Shown here piece by piece: positions 12,547 to 64,000 of a stretch of 64,000 bases of DNA. The translations under genes and the position numbers were made by a program. Every line of letters starts with the position of its first letter. Positions within the stretch are counted from its first letter, which is position 1. The stretch is from Podarcis bocagei. Lineage: Eukaryota. The notes under the pieces are model-generated. The model worked only from the letters and a program-made list of their open reading frames with translations, made no database searches and was not told the DNA's origin. The stretch lies in assembly GCA_964188305.1 (NCBI GenBank), contig OZ076886.1. The stretch is one strand, 5' to 3'.

Positions 12547-15500
12547 CCTCTCCTCCCAGGGACTTCCTTGCAAGGGCTGTATCATGGAAAGCAAATGGCT
12601 TGAGTCTGCTGTCTGCATGATGGGGAGAGAGGAGGCTTCCCTAATGGTCATGCAGCAATAAACAGGCATCGCATCCGTGGGTCCATCTTCCTACCGAGCC
12701 TTTTTCTGCTTTCGCCATCCAGACCCTACTCATCTTCCAAAGCTGAGAATAAAAGGCCCATTGTTTTTGTTCCAACTCCAGTGTTCAGTCACTGGATCAC
12801 ACTGCGCCAGCTACAGACACGCTACAAATGCCCTTTTGCTTCCCTTGTGTAATAATCTCTTCCAGGCCTACATCTGGCTGCTGTCTCACCCTGGTGTACA
12901 TTACAGAGATATGTACATCGCCGCCCTCTTGGGGGTAATGCAATAATTTGGCAGTTTTAGATGTAATTAGGCAGTTTCTTAAGAAGCAGCGTCTTTTCCC
13001 AAGAGAGAAAGAGTGAGAGAGCAGCCTTGTGGAGAGATGATAAATCCATAATTAGGGAGGGTTTTTGAAGTGTCTTTAATGCACACAGCCCTGCCTGGGG
13101 AAGCGTACTCCTGGCCCTGCTTCACAAAGCCCAGAGCAAACAAGGTGAAGTGCTGCAGGACAAAGACATGGGACCCTGCTGAGGCTGGAGTTGGACAGCA
13201 TTCTCTCAGTAGTGGGAAGGGGCAGCATGGGGGCAGCTTTCAGCCTGCTTGTTAAATCTCTAGCTTAAGCTGGGATTCTTTGGGTCAGTTTGCATGGTGA
13301 AGCGGGAAATTAACATGAAAGGCTCTGCAGGGGATAATCTCTCCCATCAGTTTGTGCTGACACAATTGCTGGGGAGTATTGTGTTGCAAGAAGCAAGGGA
13401 ATGATGATGTGAGGTAGGGGAAAAGGGGGACCAGGCCTGAGAGAGGCACGAACCAGATGCAGCTGCAGGTATTTTCCTTATTGATTGTATATTCAAATGG
13501 GAGCGAACAAAAAAGTTTATAAAGTGCTCTGCACTTTAATAAAAGTGCTGCACAAATTGTGGCCATCATGATGATCAATAATACTTCTTTCCAGAGTAGT
13601 AAATTGGGTAAGTGCTAACTCCACATGGTACATGGTCATAAGAATGCTAACAGTTATTGAATTCTGATGACAATCAGAGTCACTGGTTGGTTGTGGACAC
13701 GCTCCCTTACAGGAATAAATACCAGTAAGCATGGTTACATGGTGCTCTTCTGTCAACGCTGATAGTATGTGAACCAATTTGGTCACAGAAACACTGTTGT
13801 ACGCCATGCAGCTAACCTTTTTTTAGCCTGAGGGCCACATTCATCCTTGACCAAACCTCCTGGAGGCTGCGCACCAATGATTGGTGTGGCCCCCTCACAC
13901 CTCATATGTAGTTCAGTTTGTATCTTCTCTGCCTACCAGAGTTCTGTGTCCGCTTTAATTGTCTCCCCCTTTTTTTTGCCACTGCCAAAATTTGTGCAGA
14001 AGTTAGCCAACTCTGCCATACAGGTTGTAACTATTGTGCCCACAATCCTGATAAGAAGGTAGCCCCACCCATGGTGTATTACCAGTCTTACAGAGTAAAA
14101 ATATATATGAGTATATGAGGCCTCAGGCAAGAGACTGCTATGCTTTGGGAAACAGGGAGAGTGGTGGGCACTCTCATCCATTGCAAAATTTTAAAAAGAT
14201 GTAGTCTCCTGTGGGCAAGGTTTAGTAGAATACATTGTGCTGCAAAAGTTTAGCTTGAGCTTCTGTATTGCATATTTTGCAAAGTTGTTGTTGTTAATGA
14301 ATGCTTGTTTTTGTATGGTCCTGCCTCCTTGGGCCTCAGTTGTGCCTCTTCATAGCAGGCTTTCTCAGGCTGGAGACCCATTTGCAGTTTTATTAGTCCA
14401 AGATGTTATTAGTCACTGCAATGGAGTATGGAAGGTGCCACTGAAGTGGGGATTATTTCTGCATCAACTGTTGTTCTGCCTGCATCCCATATTAAATTTG
14501 GGCGGTGTAGGGAACGTGGAGAGAATGGCTCTTGTTCAGGACACAGTGTTCCCTGGCTGTGATATATATGGTCCTATTTCACCCCATCTCTTGTCCTGCT
14601 CTGAGCTAAGCCATACTCTTTTATTCTATGAGGAAATTTACAACTGCTTGCTCATGTTGTGCCCTCAGCTTCCATGGGGAATCACTGTCTTGTTGCCAGA
14701 GACTCAGGCAAGGAAGCCAAGAGTGGGACAGCTGTATCTCTCTTCCCTCTGTGCAGTAGCTGTCAGCATCCCCTTCCAAGTTGGGGAAACTTGCAGGAGT
14801 CAAAATGCTCAGGAGGAAACACTCCTCCTGCTGTGATTGCAAGCACCCATCTGCAGCACTAGGGAGAATTCAACAGCAGGGGGCATGGGAGTCAGGGACC
14901 ACTGGAAACAGCACTTTTATTTTATGTTTTCTTGTTCCCTTGCAGTTCATTAAAAATACCGAGTCCTTCATTGTGGCTCCCTCTGGAAAAGTGACATGCT
15001 TTTTCGTATCACATGTGCAGAACTCAAAACACAGAGGGTGTGTGCAAACAACTTGGGATGGGATGGGTCTAGTGTATAGACCCCAGGAGTCGTGACAGCT
15101 CCTATCCCCACTTCTCTGAAATCTGGTTCCCAAGCCTTTTCCCTGACACTCCCACAAGATGTCATTCCTCTTTCAGGTCAAGCTGTTCAAACCAAAAATT
15201 CCTATACAAGGCAGTGGATATTTTCCTTAGCTTGGCAATACAGTGTACACATTCCCATTATGAGTGGACATTTCCTTGTCCTTAACCTACAAATGAAATT
15301 GGCATTGTGGGTCAGAGCACAGGGGGTGGGCCAGAAGATGGAGAAGCTATTGTGTTTAATTCAGCAAAGGCCCCATTGTAGCTCAGCTGGGGGGCGAGTA
15401 GCAGCTGTCAGAGCATCTGTCTGCCAGCAGGGGCCTGTTATCAGGCTTGGCTATGGGGATTATGGCTGGGGAGTGGGTTGTTGTTTCTTCTGTGTCAAAA

Positions 15501-16609
15501 ATACTTAATCCCATGTTTACACCCTTCTTTTGGTGAATAGAGACTACAGGACAGCCCAATAATGGAGCAAAACATCTCTCTATATGCCATTCCCCCCAGA
15601 GCTGGACCATGCCTGGTTCCTGCCCTCTGTTATCACCACACATTAAATTTCAGATCCCAGGGGTATGGGGCAGGAGAAATATATGAGCCTTGGGTAGGGA
15701 CTGATCAAGTGTCACTTTAATATTTCCCTTTGACTGAAACAGCACCAGAAAGGCCTTCTGGCTGTGGGCACACTGGATTTCAGGCCCGTTTCCATGGCAA
15801 CGTGGGTAGCCTAGTGGCCAGAGCAATATCCACCTCACATGAGATTTAGACTCACAGCCTTTGATGAAAGAGGACCACTGTTCAGTATTCATGCAAGAAA
15901 GTGTGAGCTGGGACTTCTGATTTCTTTCCCCAATTTATTAGCGTGGAGGGTGATGAACATTTCTTCCTTTATTTCAGTATGACCTCAGTACTTCCAAGGA
16001 TAATGCATGCTAGGCTCACTCTATACTCAGTGCTCTCCAGTGCTGACTTATCCCACTGGGTTATGTGCTAGTTATGAGGGGAAAGATAACGGTGCATAGT
16101 AAGTTTAAAGCCTTTGCTGCCATTGCCTGTTACTGAATTGTATATTGAGATTGGGCCTGCAGAACATAAGGCCGCAAGACCAGAATGTGGCCCTGAGGGA
16201 GATTCCAAAGGCCTGTTTGAGGCCTGTGGAAGCAACCATGGCCTATGTAGGCCCACCACTGGTGGTGATGGGAGAATGCACAGATCATATTTTGTGTTGC
16301 TGTTCTCCTTAAGAGCCACATAATGGAATTGGTACCACTTTTTCCATCATGTTGCAGTCATGCATGGCTCAGCCTGCCTGCGTCTGATGTTCCCTCAGTG
16401 TGTGAATTGCTAGCAGTATATATTGTTACAACAAAACTCAACAAGGAGTAGAAAAGTAGAGGTAGTTGTCAGAAACACAACAACAGATGCTCAATGAAAA
16501 AAGGAGTTACAGATAAGGTGCAGAATGTGTACTTTGGAGTGCAGGGAGAAAAAAGGGGGATTTCAACCTTCCAAAAATTATCTGGAGTCACAGGTGAGGT
16601 AGCAACTAT

Positions 16610-17330
16610 GGAATATACCAAATTATTCAGGACGGTAGGATCCCAGACAGACTGAGGGGGTGGAGAATCTTAAAGGATGTCTCTAAACTGGGTGGATGGA
16701 CATTGGCATGTAACATTGAATGTAAATTAATGAAAAGTTATGCACAATGGGATTTAAAAAAAAAATCCTAGTCCTTTACAACACATGAACTAACCATGAC
16801 TTTGCAGGAAAGAGAAACATAAACTTAAGCTGCACCAATTGTGAAAAAGGCAAATTCCATATTGGAAATTACAAGGAAAAGAGATTGAAAATAAAATAGC
16901 AAGTATCATAATATCTAAATCTGTGGTACTGTCAAACTTGAAATACTGTGCTTACTTCTGGTCATTTGTCTCAAACAAAGATAATGGAACTGAAAATGAA
17001 AAGCCAAATGACCAAGGGATCAGAACCTCTTTCCTATGATAGCTCAAGTGTCTGGGGTTGTTTGTTTTTTTTCCGTTTAGAAAAAAGGAAAAAGATGATG
17101 AAGGGGGACCTTATAGAAGTTTAGAAAATTATGGTGTGGCAAAAGTAATAGGTTTCCACATCATAGTTGAATTTGGGAGTCACCCAATGAAATTGATTGG
17201 CGGTAGATTCAGAACAGATAAAAGGAAGTGTTTGTGCAATTAACCTGTGAGCTTCACGGCCACAAATTGTGATGGATGCCATTATCTTAGATAGCTTTAA
17301 AAAGAATTTAGACAGTTCATGGAGGATGAT
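16610..17330 (+). mobile_element. Old degraded CR1 ORF2 3' fragment; boundaries approximate
   Basis: Remnants AIVKKANSILEI, LEYCAYFWS, HPMKLIGGRFRTDKRK, LDSFKKELDSS. Confidence 0.7.
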
Positions 17331-18889
17331 AAAAGCCCTCCCCCACCTCCCCAAAAAAGTGATTTAAAAATGGGTACTGTTATTTCTGAGTTTGGACCCA
17401 TCACACCAAAAATCAGGTGAACTCATGCCCAAGTCACATTTTGGTCCACCATCTTGATTCAAAATGGCACCCTGCATCCAAACTATGATGAAGACAGCTG
17501 CTCTCATCTTGGGAACCCTCATGCCAAGTTTGGCGATTATATCTCAAGAGATGTCCAAACACATAAGATAACAAAAAAACAAACAGGTAGACAAACCATT
17601 TTCTAAAATCTAGAATAGATGAACAACAGTTATAATGTAAGTCTCTTTGGGTCACCTTTGTGAGGAAAGTGGCTAACAAATAGCAATAGAAGTAATAATA
17701 AATGAAGCTTCTGCACACAGAAGTGTATCTCCATATTCCATATATGTTGTGGATAAACAACAAGGCAGCGACCTGTTGCCTTTGTACCCTGGAGGGGGGT
17801 GGGGTGGGGACGCTTCCTGGAAGCACTGTTGTTTTGTCCAGGGAGGCAAATTTTCAGGAGTGCAGGGAGAGGGTTGAGGAACAAGAGGACTGAGCATAGC
17901 TTTGAGAGGGAGTGGCAGAGAGAGAGACAGACAGGCAGACAGAGTCAAAGTCATGTTAGAGGAAAAAGAAAGCACTGTTGGGCACAAAAAGAAGGGCTGC
18001 AGTGTTCCAAGAGAAAACAAGTTGACAGAGAATAGGCTTGGAAAACACTGTGTTAAAATAAGTAACAAAAATGCCTTTTTATGGTTAACGAGGCAGTGTT
18101 ATTTTCCTGAACTAATAAGAATGTAAGTGTAGCTGTCAGGGTGATTTGAATTGTGCCCCCCGCTTTAAACACTGCCCTGATGGGCCTAGTGGCTATTAAC
18201 CTCCTCCTGCCCTGGCTCCAATTATCACTCATTGGGTCCGGTGTTTTGGGCCCGGGTGGGGAACCTCAGGCCCCCTCTAGCCAGTCCTCTGAACTCTCCT
18301 GAAGCCATGCCTCCTTCCCAAGGCATACCCCCTCTAGATAGGCCACCCCTCTCGTGTTGCAATCATAAACTTCCATTGGTTCTTTACTGTTCCTGTGCAG
18401 CTCTTTGCATGTTCGCGCCAAATATTTGTGCTTCCCCTTCTTGGACTGAAAGGGTTGTACTGTATGTAGGCTTGTGTAACTTTGCAGCAAGGCTGGCTTT
18501 AATACAAAGTTTTTGAAGCCATCACTTTGGAAAATTCCAGAAAGGGCATCATATTTCTGTCTCCATCTCTCTGTTGTCTTGGTTTAAATGAGCCCCAGTT
18601 CATAGTGGACGTCATTGTTGCTCGTGTGGGAAAGTGTGCATGGCTTTGCAGACATTGCAAGCATAGAGAGGCGGGCTGCAGCTGCAGGGTAAGTGGGGTT
18701 CTGAGAAAAGTAGGGTAGGATTAGAGTGGAGGATGCCTTCACATGCATATGGTTGGGAGCCATTTCAGGAAGGGCACTGAGAAAGATGCACCACCAAAGT
18801 GGGTTTACTTTTCATGCATGATGAAACAGCTGCTACTATGCTGCAGTCTGTGTGTGTGTGTTTACCAGCTCCTAAAATTAGTGGGGGTA

Positions 18890-19074
18890 AGGGGAGCTGT
18901 TCGACAGTGGAATTTGCTGCCAAGGAGTGTGGTGGAGTCTCCTTCTTTGGAGGTCTTTAAGCAGAGGCTTGACAACCATATGTCAGGAGTGCTCTGATGG
19001 TGTTTCCTGCTTGGCAGGGGGTTGGACTCGATGGCCCTTGTAGTCTATTCCAACTCTATGATTCTATGATTCTA
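18890..19074 (+). mobile_element. Young 5'-truncated CR1 3' end
   Basis: AVRQWNLLPRSVVESPSLEVFKQRLDNHMSGVL*, then the 3'UTR and an (ATTCTATG)n tail. Confidence 0.9.
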
Positions 19075-19714
19075 CCTGAACAGAGCCTGGGTATGGAGGA
19101 CTCTGGGTTTTAAGGTACAGCGCAGAACAGGAATAGGGACACAGCTTTGGGCAGGTCTGTTTTGCAGCTCCTGGTGCATGCCGAAAATGAACCTATTTAC
19201 CCTGGCCTTTGACAGTTAAAAGTAATTTGTTTTGTGGGACCCACCTCTTTTGGCTTTGGCTGGAACAGTTTTACTTAGTTGCAATTCTTTTCATAGAAAA
19301 AAACTTTTGTTTTTTTGTTTTATATTCTGTTGTCTCCTGTTATGGGGTCTTCCAGTGAAGGGCAGATAATAACTGATATATAAATAATTCCTTTCCTTTA
19401 AAATTTAAATGATGTATACTTTTTGAGGGAAGTGGCAACTTCATCACCTTATGGCCCTTTCTGTTAGAACCCCCTCTTCTAGAGAAAAGGCTTCCATGAT
19501 TGTATGGGCAGAGGTAGATGTGTTGAGCTGTAGGGGCTTCCTAGGAAATACACTGAGTGGTGGTGGGCTGATTGGGACAACAACGTATGGGTCCTAGAGC
19601 AGGGAAGACAATGCAGAAGAGTTGTGACTTTTACTTGGGGCAAAGTAAGGGCAGAGGGTAAACACTGCTTCTGCTGCTAACCAGACTCAAGACTCTTCTT
19701 CTTTCTTCCACCAG

Positions 19715-19790
19715 GCCTGCTGTTGTGTCCTCCACTCTGGGATGACCAGAGTGGCTCCAGGTTGCTGACAGCTCCAGCATCGAGTGCAGC
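19715..19790 (+). other. ADGRL1: 5'UTR part of the first coding exon of ADGRL1
   Basis: Pyrimidine tract ctcttcttctttcttccaccAG ends at 19714, upstream of a strong-Kozak ATG (gcagcATGG) at 19791. Confidence 0.7.
19742..19768 (+). promoter_or_regulatory. uORF (MTRVAPGC*) in the ADGRL1 5'UTR
   Basis: gggATG ACC AGA GTG GCT CCA GGT TGC TGA lies inside the predicted exon and ends 22 nt before the main ATG. Confidence 0.55.
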
Positions 19791-63017
<43,227 letters not shown>

Positions 63018-64000
63018 GTGAGTGTGTCCTGTGGTTGAAACCCAGATAGGAGCTGCTACCCAAGAAACAAAGTTTTTCTCAGTTTTGAATCTCACAGAGC
63101 AATCCAGGTCCCCGGTCAAACATGCTTGAGTGGAGCAGAGCTGTCCCCATGGGCAAGGCATGTCCCAGAGCCCCTGTCCAGATGATGGGTGGGCTGGTAT
63201 TAACCAGTGGAAACTCCCCAAACACAAATGGGGCAGGACCTCAATGGAAATGGGCCCAATCTGGGCCTCTTTAATGCATCAGCATGGGAGCTGTCACAAC
63301 ATAGGGCCATTTTAGAGTATGGACTCATCCAGACTGCATTATTAGGCACAGGTCTGCACTTTAAAGTTCTGTGTCTGAGCATTTTTTTATTTTTTGGTCC
63401 TAACATTTTCCCTGGGAAAACCCACCTCCACCTTCCTATAAAAATCATGACAGATGCCCATTCCATAACTGGAGGCGGGGGAGGAAGAGAAAACACATAG
63501 ATTCAAAGAATATAACAAAATAATATTTATTTTTTATTTTACTCTAAGAACACCACATAAAGACAACTCTCATAATACTAAAGGAAATCATGGTACATTA
63601 TCATTATATTTCTGGTTCCAATAATGTACGAATAATAGCAGTTTTCAACAGTACTATCCATTTGTTGTTGATTTTCTTTTACTCTGATATAATTGGATAG
63701 CTTCATCATTTCAGCTGTTTTCCATAACTTCCCTAAATAGTCATCAAGTACACAATAAATTCAGCTACATTTTAAAAAGGAAAAGCACGAAATGACGGGG
63801 CATTTCTGTGGGCACATGGGCGATAAATACATGCTCTAGTGAAGAAATAATACAATGGAGAAGTGTTCAGACTCTAAAATGTGAAGGGAGAAAAGCAACC
63901 TAAAACAGTTACAAATGGCATAGACATTTAGATATGGGATTGTTCTGCTCATCATTGAGCTCAACAAAGGCAATTTCTAGTAGGTGCCTGTGCAATACAC

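Noticed and set aside
14237-14836. 199-aa + strand ORF
   Set aside because: Non-ATG start, no recognisable domain or exon structure; expected by chance in 64 kb.

Overview
Vertebrate genomic DNA. The repeat content (CR1, L2, RTE, Penelope, hAT and Tigger MITEs, a tRNA-SINE) suggests a squamate reptile, probably a lacertid lizard (inference). The window lies within the 5' half of ADGRL1 (latrophilin-1, an adhesion GPCR) on the + strand. Nine coding exons between 19791 and 63017 (1854 nt, 618 codons, all GT-AG and phase-compatible) encode the signal peptide, RBL lectin, the 15-nt KVEQK microexon, olfactomedin, the Ser/Thr linker, the HormR domain and the start of GAIN. No promoter or first exon is evident, and the 7TM exons lie beyond the window. 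Nearly all other ORFs in the track are noise. The most notable unexplained structure is in the 20-kb lectin-olfactomedin interval: a second, in-phase EVEQ microexon-like copy with a stop (39740), a 7-nt frameshifting micro-exon candidate sharing its donor (39814-39820), a triple NAG acceptor on the KVEQK microexon, and a further stop-containing exon candidate. The stop-containing and frameshifting candidates would give lectin-only secreted or NMD products; the triple acceptor only changes linker length. Also notable: an intronic Penelope-derived hairpin with a minimal hammerhead ribozyme, a solo LTR with a long open frame, a recursive-splice motif inside an octamer-rich palindrome, and a uORF.
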